Assembly: GCA_031288595.1 (NCBI GenBank) | Contig: JAITRB010000004.1 | Span: 9,491-73,490, forward strand | DNA: 64,000 nt | Reading direction: 5' to 3' | Source of the DNA: Puniceicoccales bacterium | GTDB lineage: Bacteria > Verrucomicrobiota > Verrucomicrobiia > Opitutales > JAIRLG01 | Part shown: piece by piece, positions 39,289-48,605 of the stretch | Position numbering within the stretch: position 1 is the first letter of the stretch | Layout of the letters: each line of letters begins with the position of its first letter | Position numbers and translations under genes: made by a program | The notes under the pieces: model-generated | What the model saw: only the letters and a program-made list of their open reading frames with translations | Told to the model about the DNA's origin: nothing | The model's database searches: none

Positions 39289-39852
39289 TTAGCGAGATGG
39301 CGGCTTGGCGTTCTGCTTTTTCTGAACTTCTGGCAAAGGCCATGAATGGGTCACCGCGCGTCCGACCAGCTCGGCTAAATCTCGCGTCAAAATCGGAAGG
39401 ATGGCATGATGGATATCCTCTGTTTCAGAAACTTCGCTGAGCGTATCGGTGCCGATGCACAGGCCTTGGAAAAGATAAGCATTGCTCTTCGTACTTCTGA
39501 GAGCAGCCGAGGCCTGTAGCGACAGCTTCAGCGACTGGGGCCGCTCATCCTGCTGGCTCTCCAAGTGAGTATCAAAAGACTCCAGGGTGATTTCCAGAAC
39601 GACGTCGGCCTGGGACTCCTCCACTAATTTCCACCCGGAGGTGCGGATGAAATAACGCTGCAGCTGCTCGTTGAAAATGCCCTCGGCCTGAGGGGCGAGG
39701 GATAGGTTGCGAACCGGCGTGATGGCGATGCGGATGGCTCTCTTGGGAACCCCCAAAGTAGAACCTATCTCCCCCATACCCATCCGGTAGGCACATCCGG
39801 AGAACAGGATCATCGAACCCAGAAAGCAGAACGCGAAAAATCGTCCCTTCAT
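39289..39852 (-). CDS. Lipoprotein, possibly LptE-like
   Basis: A lipoprotein signal is present (MKGRFFAFCFLGSMILFSGC). The size of about 187 aa and the segment IAITPVRNLSLAPQAEGIFNEQLQRYF resemble LptE. The assignment is weak. Confidence 0.35.
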   Translation of the reverse strand: MKGRFFAFCFLGSMILFSGCAYRMGMGEIGSTLGVPKRAIRIAITPVRNLSLAPQAEGIFNEQLQRYFIRTSGWKLVEESQADVVLEITLESFDTHLESQQDERPQSLKLSLQASAALRSTKSNAYLFQGLCIGTDTLSEVSETEDIHHAILPILTRDLAELVGRAVTHSWPLPEVQKKQNAKPPSR

Positions 39853-39866
39853 TTTCGCAGAAAGGA

Positions 39867-41153
39867 TCAGAATCCCGAGCTCAGCTGCACTTGAGTCGGC
39901 TTAATGTCCAGAGCTGAATCCGTCGATTTAGGAGATGGCGGCAGAAAATCCTCCACCTTTTGCTCCTGCAATCGGCGGGAATGGCCTATTCTAGTTCCAC
40001 TTCTTTCCGTCTGTTCCTCGGGAAAAGGCCTATTGGGCCCTTCTGGGTCTGGTTCTGGGAAAATACTGTCATCAGGGCCTTTAGGAGCAACTGGAGAGGA
40101 GAGCGAAGCCAGCCAACGCTGATTTTTCGCGTCCTGCTTGCGGGAATCGAAGAGAAAGTCGACGGGGGACTTCGGGGCCGCCTGACCCTGGCGGAGTCGT
40201 TGGCGCTTCCCTTCGACTTCCTCGATGATCTCTCTCGAGGAATGGATAGCCAAGGCCTCGCCGTAAAGGAGGTCGGCTGCTGGCCAGTTATTCTGAGAAA
40301 AGTAATAAAAGTCTCCCATATAAATTTTGGCCCGGGCCAGAGAGGCCTTGAGATGCTCGATCTGGCCCTGGGCCCAACGGCATCTTTCGTGCTCCGGAAA
40401 GAGGAAAATAAAATCCTCGTAGTAGCTCAGGGCTTCCCTCAGCGCCCCTTGGTCGTATTCCGGCGAGAGGACAAGGCTTTCATAGATCTCCGCCGTGAGA
40501 AGATAGGCCTCTGGGGTGAGCTCGGACTGGGGATAGCGGTCGATCAGCCGATCGAGGGTTTCGATGGCCTTGTCGGGACGTTTCTGCTCCTTTTCGATCT
40601 GGGCGATGCACAGGAGGGCCTGCGCTGCCCCTGGTGACGAGGGCGCCTTCTGGACGACATTTTGATAGAAATCGATGGCGGATTTGGGATCCCGAAATCC
40701 AGGGATGAGGCCGAAGTAATGGGGCCTTTGGCCGGACTGCAGCCGGGCTGCGATTTGAAAGATCCGTTCGACGACATCGTTAAAATACCCATAGTCCGGA
40801 TACTGATCCAATATCTTTCTGAGCTGCTTGACGGCATAGAGGTACTGATGCGATGCCTCGTAGATCGCGGCGATTTGCCACAGTGCCAAGGGCGACCAGC
40901 TCGCATCACGGGCATTCTCCACCTCTTGGAATAGCCGGCGGGCGCGGCGTGACTCTCCCCGTTTCTGGAGGCGACAGGCCTCGTCGTAGCTCCTCTGCAA
41001 ACTCTCTTCCCGCGCGGCCGCATCCGCGAGAGCTTGCCAGCTGCGGTCACCCCCTCTGGCTCGCCGGTGTGCCCCAGGGCGGGAATACGCCTCGGAGTCA
41101 TGGATGAGGGCCAAGAGGCCGATGCCGATGAAAACGGAAGAGAGGACTCGCAT
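39867..41153 (-). CDS. TPR-repeat outer-membrane assembly factor, BamD-like, with Pro/charged C-terminal tail
   Basis: There is a signal sequence. Repeated TPR-like units contain YP motifs (ILDQYPDYGY, LIDRYPQSEL, FLFPEHERC). The segment AKIYMGDFYYFSQNNWPAADLLY resembles the BamD C-terminal helix pair. Confidence 0.5.
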   Translation of the reverse strand: MRVLSSVFIGIGLLALIHDSEAYSRPGAHRRARGGDRSWQALADAAAREESLQRSYDEACRLQKRGESRRARRLFQEVENARDASWSPLALWQIAAIYEASHQYLYAVKQLRKILDQYPDYGYFNDVVERIFQIAARLQSGQRPHYFGLIPGFRDPKSAIDFYQNVVQKAPSSPGAAQALLCIAQIEKEQKRPDKAIETLDRLIDRYPQSELTPEAYLLTAEIYESLVLSPEYDQGALREALSYYEDFIFLFPEHERCRWAQGQIEHLKASLARAKIYMGDFYYFSQNNWPAADLLYGEALAIHSSREIIEEVEGKRQRLRQGQAAPKSPVDFLFDSRKQDAKNQRWLASLSSPVAPKGPDDSIFPEPDPEGPNRPFPEEQTERSGTRIGHSRRLQEQKVEDFLPPSPKSTDSALDIKPTQVQLSSGF

Positions 41154-41171
41154 GAAAAATTCTCTGTCTTT

Positions 41172-42185
41172 CTATTCGGATTGAAGGAGGGCTGCACCCC
41201 ATGTCAATCCGGCGCCGAAGGCGAGGGTCAGTAACTTTTTTCCCCGAGCAATCCTCTCGGATCGGACGGCCTCGTCGAGGGCGATGGGGATGGCGGAGGT
41301 GGAAGTATTGCCGTAGCGATCCAGGGTGATGGTGATTCTGTCCTGCGGGATTTGCAGGTGCTGGGCGACCGCATTGATGATTCGGATATTGGCTTGATGC
41401 GGGATGAGATAATCGATCTCGCCTGAACTCAGCCCATTGCGCCGCAAAATTTCCTCCGCACATTCGCCCATAACCTGGACCGCTTCTCGGAAAACCCTTT
41501 TCCCATCCATGCGAAAAAAGTGTTCGCGCCCCTCCACGGTTTGCGGCGAGGCCGGTCGGCGAGAACCTCCGGCGGGCATGATGATTTGGTCGGCCCCCAG
41601 GCCATCGGCTCCGAGGAGAATATCGCTAATCTGCAATCTCAGCCCCTCTGGGGGAGAATTTCCCTCCGAATCCTCCGAGCGGCCAACGATGACAGCTCCG
41701 GCTCCATCACCCAGCAGGACGCAGCTGCTGCGGTCCTGCCAGTCGGTGACGGAAGACATCTTATCTCCGCAGACGAAGAGGATGTGGCGGCAATGCGGAT
41801 CTCCCAACAGGCATTGCCGGGCCAGGTGCAAGCCATAGGGAAATCCCGAACAGGCGGCGTTGATGTCCAGAGCCGGAATAGGACGGCAATTCAGGCACCG
41901 TTGCAGGTAACAGGCCGTCGCCGGAAAGGGCGTGTCGGGGGTGATGGTGGCAACGAGAATCAGGTCGATGGCCTCCGGCCCGAGTCGGGCGGCCTCGAGG
42001 GCCCGGAGCGAAGCGTGATAGCAGAGATCGGAGCTCGCCTCTTCCTCCGACGCGATACGCCTTTCCCGAATGCCGGTACGGGTTCGAATCCACTCGTCAT
42101 TCGTGTCCACCCGAAGGGATAGCTCGTCGTTCGTCAAGACCTTTTTCGGCACGTAGGATCCCGTCCCACAGATGAAGATAGGCAT
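41172..42185 (-). CDS. fabH: 3-oxoacyl-ACP synthase III
   Basis: The active-site Cys context is NAACSGFPYGL. The motifs HQANIRII and GNTSTSAIP are present. The gene sits in rpmF-plsX-fabH order. Confidence 0.93.
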   Translation of the reverse strand: MPIFICGTGSYVPKKVLTNDELSLRVDTNDEWIRTRTGIRERRIASEEEASSDLCYHASLRALEAARLGPEAIDLILVATITPDTPFPATACYLQRCLNCRPIPALDINAACSGFPYGLHLARQCLLGDPHCRHILFVCGDKMSSVTDWQDRSSCVLLGDGAGAVIVGRSEDSEGNSPPEGLRLQISDILLGADGLGADQIIMPAGGSRRPASPQTVEGREHFFRMDGKRVFREAVQVMGECAEEILRRNGLSSGEIDYLIPHQANIRIINAVAQHLQIPQDRITITLDRYGNTSTSAIPIALDEAVRSERIARGKKLLTLAFGAGLTWGAALLQSE

Positions 42186-42268
42186 GTGGGGTGCTTATGA
42201 AGCTCCTACAAGCCAAGTGGCAAGTTTTAACGTTCTATGAGTTCTAAATGGGGAGCGTTCCCTACGTG

Positions 42269-42360
42269 TTGGCTGGCTTTGCAAGGGACAAATGGCTTCT
42301 GCCATTTGTCCCTTGCGGCCCGCGCAGCGGGCCCGATGCTTTGCCTCGAAAGCCAGCCAA
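42269..42360. repeat. Intergenic four-helix palindromic element, type 1 (c-b-a)
   Basis: The closing stem is TTGGCTGGCTTTG/CGAAAGCCAGCCAA. Arm c is a perfect 15 bp (CAAGGGACAAATGGC-TTCT-GCCATTTGTCCCTTG). Arm b is CGGCCCGC-GCA-GCGGGCCG. Arm a is weak (CGATGC-TTT-GCCTCG, one mismatch). It lies inside the plsX-fabH spacer. Confidence 0.8.
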
Positions 42361-42407
42361 CAAAATTAACAATTCACCCTTTCCCCAAAGAGATCGGGCC
42401 TCCGGCA

Positions 42408-43463
42408 TCACTTCAGCAGGGACTTCGTCTGTTGGAGAAGCGCCATCTCCTCATCCTGCAGGCCCATTCGGGACAGGTCGGAGGCCATGTGGATGGCATG
42501 ACTGATGGCCCGGGCACGGCTGGAACCGTGGGCCTTGAAGACGGTGCCATTGAGGCCCAGGAGTGGAGCTCCGCCGTAGATCTCAGCATTGAGCTTGGCG
42601 CTCAGAGCTTCAAAGGCTCCCCGGGCACAGAAGGCACCGAAGAGGCGCAGAGGATTTTTGGAAAATTCTTTTCTGGAAAATTTTCTGAGATAGAGGGCCA
42701 TCGATTCCAGCGATTTCAGGAGAATATTGCCCGTGAAACCATCGCAGAGGACGACATCGACGCCGCTACCGAAGAGGTGGAAGCCCTCGATGAGACCGAT
42801 GTAATCGATAAAGGACGACAGTTGTTTCAGCTTCTCGTGTGCCTTCTGGATGAGCTCGTTCCCCTTGCCCTCTTCTGTCCCGATGCTGAGCAGTCCGATC
42901 CGCGGCGAAGGGATTTTCAGCACCTTCTGGGCATAGACGCTGGCCAGCAGCGCATTGTGGGCTATGTGCAGTGGGGTCGATTGGGGATTGGCCCCCACAT
43001 CGACCAGGACGAAATGACCCTCACTGGAGGGGATGATGCTGGCCAGTGCAGGGCGTTCGATGCCGGCGATGGGGCGCAATTTGAGTGTACTGCCGGCCAT
43101 CAGACTACCGGTATTGCCGCAGCTCAGAACTGCGGATGCGGCACCGGCCTGAATGAGCTCGATGGCCCGAATCATGGAAGCATCCTTCTTCTGCTTCAGA
43201 CTTTGAACCGGTTTATCGTCCATCTCGATGACCTGCGAGGTGTGGAAGATCGATAGCCTGGAGTTGTCTTCCAATCTGTGCTTTTCGAGAAGGGCCGTGA
43301 GCAAATCCCCGTCACCGACAAGGATGAGCGGGGCAAGGTCAGGGAATTGCCGAAGGGCCAGGCACACGCCTTCGAAAATCTCCTCCGGCCCACGGTCTGA
43401 CCCCATCATGTCGATGGCGACGGCCCCATGGGCAGCGGGCATGGACGGAGAGATTTTCGACAT
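42408..43463 (-). CDS. plsX: Phosphate acyltransferase PlsX
   Basis: The N-terminus is VAIDMMGSD. The motifs AVLSCGNTGSLMA and FKAHGSS are typical of PlsX. The gene follows rpmF. Confidence 0.93.
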   Translation of the reverse strand: MSKISPSMPAAHGAVAIDMMGSDRGPEEIFEGVCLALRQFPDLAPLILVGDGDLLTALLEKHRLEDNSRLSIFHTSQVIEMDDKPVQSLKQKKDASMIRAIELIQAGAASAVLSCGNTGSLMAGSTLKLRPIAGIERPALASIIPSSEGHFVLVDVGANPQSTPLHIAHNALLASVYAQKVLKIPSPRIGLLSIGTEEGKGNELIQKAHEKLKQLSSFIDYIGLIEGFHLFGSGVDVVLCDGFTGNILLKSLESMALYLRKFSRKEFSKNPLRLFGAFCARGAFEALSAKLNAEIYGGAPLLGLNGTVFKAHGSSRARAISHAIHMASDLSRMGLQDEEMALLQQTKSLLK

Positions 43464-43575
43464 AGAATGCCCTAATCCAGAAAATTTTTCATGGGCTCCA
43501 AGCGTATAATGCCCTCAGTTCGGCGGTGAAAAACTCATCTCCACTCCGCCGTGCTCAAGGCCTGCCACCCGGCTC

Positions 43576-43758
43576 TCAGCTCACCTTGGGGTCGATGACC
43601 TGGCGACCGCGATAGACGCCCGTCGTCGGATGGACGTGATGGGGAAGGAAAAAGCTGCCGTCCTGGGGATCCTTGTCGAACTGCGGCATCGCAAAACGAT
43701 TAGCCCCGCGGCGTTTGCGGCTTCTCTGCTTGGACTGCTTGCGCTTTGGAACGGCCAT
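43576..43758 (-). CDS. rpmF: 50S ribosomal protein L32
   Basis: The ORF is 60 aa and begins MAVPKRKQSKQRSRKRRGANRF. Confidence 0.95.
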   Translation of the reverse strand: MAVPKRKQSKQRSRKRRGANRFAMPQFDKDPQDGSFFLPHHVHPTTGVYRGRQVIDPKVS

Positions 43759-43832
43759 TTTCGGAATCTACTGCAACCGGAATATATCTCCATACGCTGC
43801 GCGCCGGAGGCCCTGCGTCAAGAAATTACTGT

Positions 43833-43872
43833 AAAAATAAAAAGGACGGCCCCTGCCATTCCGAGTCCGTCC
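43833..43872 (-). terminator. Candidate rho-independent terminator (- strand)
   Basis: The - strand reads GGACGGACTCGGAATGGCAGGGGCCGTCC followed by TTTTTATTTTT. The stem is 6 bp plus 3 further pairs. It lies 244 nt downstream of the topB stop and upstream of rpmF. Confidence 0.4.
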
Positions 43873-44115
43873 CTATGGGCGAAGGGCTGATGCGAGGATT
43901 CCCTGAGAATTTTTAGCGCCGCCCAAAGCGCTCATGAATGATGCAGATTGTGGGAGCAGAGGATGGGCGAGGAATAACAGGAATTCCCTCATTTGAGGGG
44001 AAAGCATCGGCTAAAAATCCCTCCATCCTAAACCAGGATGGACCGTAAAGCTCAAATCCTCCTCAAATTCATTTCACCCGAGCTCTCCAGACTGAATGCT
44101 AGTACGAGAGAAGGT

Positions 44116-46629
44116 TTACGAAGCCTCTTCGGATGGGTTGCTCTTGGCCGCGGCCCTGGTTCGGGGTGGGAAGACGAAACGGAGCCCTCCATCGGATTTG
44201 AGGGCGAGCGTGGCGGCAAAGGGCTTGCCGGTACGGCGGGAAATGAAGCCCTCGATGAGTTCCGTCTTTTTTTTCTGAAGGAGCTGCCGTATATGCTCGG
44301 GAGCAATGGGCGCACCCAGCATCGTCTTAGCAATCCGGAAGCGACAGGCGGGCTTTTTCTCCGCAAAGGTCCGTTCGCAGAGGTAGTAGTTCTCGATTTC
44401 GAAGATGCGATTCCCCTCTTTGTGGAAGGGACAAGCACCGATGATAGGGTAAGTTTCCAGCTCTTGGAGCGAGGGAATGCCGGGAGACTCCTCCTTCTTC
44501 CTGTTCTCCTCGAAGGCGAAGTGAACATGCCAGTCCTCGTCGAGGGTCAGGTAGGCGTTGAAAGGACGGCCGGCCTTGGAGTGGAATTTCTCCAGTAGGG
44601 GTGTCTTGCGATCTCGGAGGAGCTGCTGGTATTCCTCCAGCGCCATGCGTCGGCCGGCCACAGTCTTGTAGAGCGTCAGGAGCCCATCCTGGGAGCGGTA
44701 GCAGCGCAGCATTTCCAGCATGGGCTTTTGGTCGCTGGGAGAGAGGAGTTCCGACGGACTGGCGTCGCTCTCGCTCTCCTGGAATTGCCGGATGCTGGCG
44801 ATCATCTGCCGGGTCATGTCGGCGATGCCCTGGCGAAAATGTTCAGGCGGGAGCTGGCGATTTTCTATCTGCCGGAGGCGGAATTCCCATTCGCCGGTCA
44901 TGGCCGGGCTCGTGATGGGGCCAACCTGGACCTTTTCGAGGAAGCAGAGCAGGTCTTCCGCTTTAGCCGTCGGAATGAGGTCTTTCTGCTCGCGCTCCAT
45001 GTACTGGAAGTCGATGAGGTGCTCGATGATCTGCGCCCGGGTGGCCGGCGTGCCCAAGCCGCGCTCCTTCATCGCTTCGGCCAGTTCCTCATCCTCGACG
45101 ACCTTGCCCGCTCCCTCCATCATGGCCAACAGGGTCGCCTCGTTGTAGCGGGCCGGTGCTTTGGTGACTTCCGAAACGGCGCCCACTTCGAGCATCTTTC
45201 CGGAGGGCGGCTGTCCGTCCCGTTCATGGAGCGCGACGAGCGTTTCATCCGCCTCTTTCCCCACTTCTCGACCGTAGACCTCCAACCAACCGGCCTTTAC
45301 CAAGACCTTGCCCTCGGTCTTGAATCCGTGGGGCCCGACAAAGGTCATTCGGGTCGTGACGTCGAACTCGGCCGCCGGAAAGAAGACGGCCAGGAATCTC
45401 CGGACGACCATCTCGTAGACCTTTTCCTCGCTCTCGCTCAAACCGGTCGGCTGCTTGCCGGTCGGGATGATGGCGAAGTGATCGCTGATACCCTTATTGT
45501 TGAAAATCTTCCGATTCTTGCCATCGACGCCGTGGTGCTCGAGGATCTTTTGGGCCAGCGGCATATACTCCCCTGACAAGGAGGCGAGCAGTTCCCGACA
45601 GGTCGCGACATAATCCTCCGGCAAGGCCTGGGAATCGGTGCGTGGGTAGGTGATGCACTTGTGTCTCTCATAGAGCGATTGGGCGATTTTCAGGGTCATG
45701 CCAGCCGGCAGGTGGAAGCGAGCATTGGCCTCCCTCTGCAAGAGGGTCAGGTCGTAGAGCTTAGGGGCGCCCTGTGAGCTGCGCTTTTTCTTTTCCTCGA
45801 TGCGGATTTCCTCCGAATGGGCTCGGAGGTCCACCAGCAGGGCTTCGACCTCGGAAAAGTTCCAGAGGCGCTCGATGCGGTCGTGAGCATCATTGGGATT
45901 TTTCCTGAAATCTTTCCTCTGGAAGACCCCTTCGTAGTTCCCGTTGTGGATTTGAAACTGCCCGACGATTCTCCAGTAGTCCCTGGCTTGGAAGTTCCGG
46001 ATTTCCCGCTCCCGAGCGACGATCATCGCCAAAGTGGGGGTCTGGACCCGGCCGACGCTGACTACGCGGCGGGTGCCACGGCCGGCAATGCGCAGGGTCA
46101 GGGCCCGTGTCCCGTTGATGCCGACGATCCAGTCCGCTTCGGAGCGGCAGCGGGCGGCGGCTTGCAGGGCCTGCATCTCCTCTGAGGAACGCAGATGGGC
46201 AAAGGCCGTTCGGATCGATTCTGGGGTCATCGAGGAGAGCCAGAGGCGTTGGAAGGGCTTCTTGTTGCCGGCCAGTTCACAGATATAGGAGAAGATCAGC
46301 TCGCCCTCTCGACCGGCGTCGCAGGCATTGATGAGCCCGTCGATGTCGCGGCGATGGAGCAGCTTCTTGAGCTCGCCGAAACGTTTCTTGCTCGCCTCGA
46401 TGACCTGGAGACCGAATTTTTCCGGAATGATGGGCAGGGATTCCAATGTCCAGCGCTTGTAGCGCGCATCGATGTCCTCCGGCATGGACAGCTCGACCAG
46501 GTGGCCAACGGCCCAGCTCACGACGTAGTCCTCGTTCTCGAAGCAGTCCTCCTTCGCCTGAAACTTCCCCAACACCTTGACCAGATCTCGAGCGACGCTG
46601 GGTTTCTCGGCGATGACCAGTTTCTTCAT
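44116..46629 (-). CDS. topB: DNA topoisomerase III (type IA)
   Basis: The Toprim N-terminus LVIAEKPSVARDL is TopB-type, not the TopA LVIVESP form. The catalytic Tyr context is ITYPRTDS. The C-terminus has two repeats (GRPFNAYLTL and GKPFAATLAL) and a Cys-containing segment. Confidence 0.88.
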   Translation of the reverse strand: MKKLVIAEKPSVARDLVKVLGKFQAKEDCFENEDYVVSWAVGHLVELSMPEDIDARYKRWTLESLPIIPEKFGLQVIEASKKRFGELKKLLHRRDIDGLINACDAGREGELIFSYICELAGNKKPFQRLWLSSMTPESIRTAFAHLRSSEEMQALQAAARCRSEADWIVGINGTRALTLRIAGRGTRRVVSVGRVQTPTLAMIVAREREIRNFQARDYWRIVGQFQIHNGNYEGVFQRKDFRKNPNDAHDRIERLWNFSEVEALLVDLRAHSEEIRIEEKKKRSSQGAPKLYDLTLLQREANARFHLPAGMTLKIAQSLYERHKCITYPRTDSQALPEDYVATCRELLASLSGEYMPLAQKILEHHGVDGKNRKIFNNKGISDHFAIIPTGKQPTGLSESEEKVYEMVVRRFLAVFFPAAEFDVTTRMTFVGPHGFKTEGKVLVKAGWLEVYGREVGKEADETLVALHERDGQPPSGKMLEVGAVSEVTKAPARYNEATLLAMMEGAGKVVEDEELAEAMKERGLGTPATRAQIIEHLIDFQYMEREQKDLIPTAKAEDLLCFLEKVQVGPITSPAMTGEWEFRLRQIENRQLPPEHFRQGIADMTRQMIASIRQFQESESDASPSELLSPSDQKPMLEMLRCYRSQDGLLTLYKTVAGRRMALEEYQQLLRDRKTPLLEKFHSKAGRPFNAYLTLDEDWHVHFAFEENRKKEESPGIPSLQELETYPIIGACPFHKEGNRIFEIENYYLCERTFAEKKPACRFRIAKTMLGAPIAPEHIRQLLQKKKTELIEGFISRRTGKPFAATLALKSDGGLRFVFPPRTRAAAKSNPSEEAS

Positions 46630-47178
46630 GAAGCTCTGACCAATGCGAAGTCTTCCAAAAGGTCAATTTTTCTTTCGGGAGATGAAAAATCCAGCGGCAA
46701 AAATACCTCGCAGCAGTGGTGTTCATCCCTCGGATCCCTCAGTCATTCCGCTTCATCCGGTGAATCCGCCAGCAGCCGGCATCGGCTCTGTTATCACTCA
46801 GAAGCTCTCCGAGCCCCTCCACCTCAGCTCGAAGACCGTTCCGACATCCTCTACGTCCATCCAAGCCAGTCGCGCTGTGTCCCTCCAGGCTTGAGATCTG
46901 GGGCTAGAAAAACCGGAGTGAGCCCTTAGCGCCGCTGCCGACGGAAGAGCTCCCGATCGCTTGTGAATCGCGAGCCTATCGTCTGCTGGACCGTAGATTG
47001 GCCTTCTACGTATCCTACAAGTTTTATCCTGAAGTTCAACGCCGTTTGGCTCCTGGAGAATGGAGGAATGCTTTCCCGAGCTCGATTTTCCGGGGGAGGA
47101 TAAAAAAGAACTCGAGGACATTGACCGCTAGCTCTGGCTTGTGTTCGGATACATTTTTCCTTTAATAGGAAGGTGAGT

Positions 47179-48414
47179 ATGGGCGTATTTTACTACGAGG
47201 TTCTCGATCGGGCGAAAGGGAAGGAAAGCGGCACGCTGGAGGCGAACGACAAGAAACAGGCCGTACAGCTGCTGATCCAAAAAGGCTGGCATGTCCTCGT
47301 TCTGAAGGAAAAAAAGTTCCGTGTGAAACGCGCCCAGATGAAACACCCAGGCGTGCCTGCGCTGGGCCGCTTCTGGGTCAATAAGCAGAAGATCCACTTC
47401 AATTTTCTCTACAAATTCCTGCAGCTGCACAGCGGGGGACTATCCCCTGGAGATGCGCTGAAGGTCATGCGCACCCGCCTAAAATCACCGGCGGAACAGG
47501 CGCTGGCCGAGGCGGTACATAAGCAGCTCTGCGAGGGTAAAACATTGGCAACAGCCATGAAGCTCTATCCGGATATTTTTCCCGAGGGCACGGTTTACAT
47601 GATCGAGGCCGGCGAAAAGACCGGAAACCTCATCCCTATTATCGGTAATTTGATCCGCTTCATGGAGGTGCAGGCAGAGGTGAAGAAGCGCTTCATCGCA
47701 GGGATATCCTATCCGCTCCTGGTCTGTAGTATCGCGATGGCAGTGGTGGTCCTGTTCATCTTCTACCTCCTGCCGCGAATCCAGAAGATGATGACTTCGA
47801 TGGGTGGAGAATTGCCCCTGCTAACCCGTCTTCTCCTGGGAGGGGCGCACTTTCTCCAGGACTGGGGGCTCTCCATCCTCGCCATCATCGGCGTCGGCAG
47901 CCTTGCTCTCCTGCGCTTCCGCCAGACGGCGATGGGCCGCGTGTGGACGGACCGCTGGCTGACCTATTTACCGCTCCTGAGGGGCATCGTCAACGGCTCC
48001 TACTACTGCCAGACGGCGAATCTGCTGGCTACGCTTTTAGGGAGTGGCATCAATACCACCGAGGCCATGCAGCTGGCCGAACAGGCTACGTCGAACCGCT
48101 ACCACCGCCTGCACTTCGCCGAGGCGCGGCGCAAGGTCCTGGATGGCGTGGCCATAACCCAGGCCTTCGACAAGCACCATGTGCTTCCGGTGGAGGCACT
48201 GGATATCCTCTCGGTCGGGGAAAACACAGGTGACCTGGCCTCCTCCTTCCGGGAGATCTTTAAAATCCACAACGGCGAGCTGAGCGAGAAGCTGCACTCC
48301 CTAACGGTGACGGTTTCCTCCATCGCCCTGGGCTTCGCCTTCTCTCTGGTCGCCATCCTAGCCATGAGCATCGTCATGAGCGTCATGAAGTTCAGTGCGA
48401 CAGTGGTGGGCTAG
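47179..48414 (+). CDS. gspF: Type II secretion / type IV pilus platform protein (GspF/PilC family)
   Basis: The N-terminus MGVFYYEVLDRAKGKESGTLEANDKKQAVQLL is typical of the family. Two T2SSF repeats and 3 TM segments are present. The ATG at 47179 is preceded by GGAAGG. The track start at 47173 is GTG. Confidence 0.8.
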   Translation: MGVFYYEVLDRAKGKESGTLEANDKKQAVQLLIQKGWHVLVLKEKKFRVKRAQMKHPGVPALGRFWVNKQKIHFNFLYKFLQLHSGGLSPGDALKVMRTRLKSPAEQALAEAVHKQLCEGKTLATAMKLYPDIFPEGTVYMIEAGEKTGNLIPIIGNLIRFMEVQAEVKKRFIAGISYPLLVCSIAMAVVVLFIFYLLPRIQKMMTSMGGELPLLTRLLLGGAHFLQDWGLSILAIIGVGSLALLRFRQTAMGRVWTDRWLTYLPLLRGIVNGSYYCQTANLLATLLGSGINTTEAMQLAEQATSNRYHRLHFAEARRKVLDGVAITQAFDKHHVLPVEALDILSVGENTGDLASSFREIFKIHNGELSEKLHSLTVTVSSIALGFAFSLVAILAMSIVMSVMKFSATVVG

Positions 48415-48458
48415 GGGTGTTGGGCCTGCAGGGCAGACGGGTGCTAGCGTCGGGGTAC

Positions 48459-48555
48459 TTGCCGGCTTTCCCCCGGAGGGCCCAGGACATCTGTCCTGGG
48501 CCCTCCGGGGAGCCCGCAGAGCGGGCATGATTCCTTTGGAATCGAAAGCCGGCAA
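48459..48555. repeat. Intergenic four-helix palindromic element, type 1 (c-b-a)
   Basis: The closing stem is TTGCCGGCTTTC/GAAAGCCGGCAA. Arm c is about 17-19 bp (CCCCGGAGGGCCCAGGACA-TC-TGTCCTGGGCCCTCCGGGG). Arm b is GCCCGC-AGA-GCGGGC. Arm a is GATTCC-TTT-GGAATC. It lies in the convergent gspF/thrS spacer. It is followed by AAAAAAACACCTCC. Confidence 0.85.
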
Positions 48556-48605
48556 AAAAACACCTCCCTGAACCGCCAGCGCATAAGCTCAGGAAGGCCT
48601 CTCTC

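Noticed and set aside
42081-42091. tRNA T-arm-like GGTTCGAATCC string.
   Set aside because: It lies inside the well-supported fabH coding sequence. No acceptor, D or anticodon arms can be drawn around it.
46630-47172. RNase P RNA, tmRNA or SRP RNA in the long topB/gspF spacer.
   Set aside because: I could not find the conserved cores on either strand. These are GAGGAAAGUCCGGGC for RNase P, a tRNA-like CCA end with a tag ORF for tmRNA, and the SRP domain IV motif. I keep the spacer only as an unexplained spacer.
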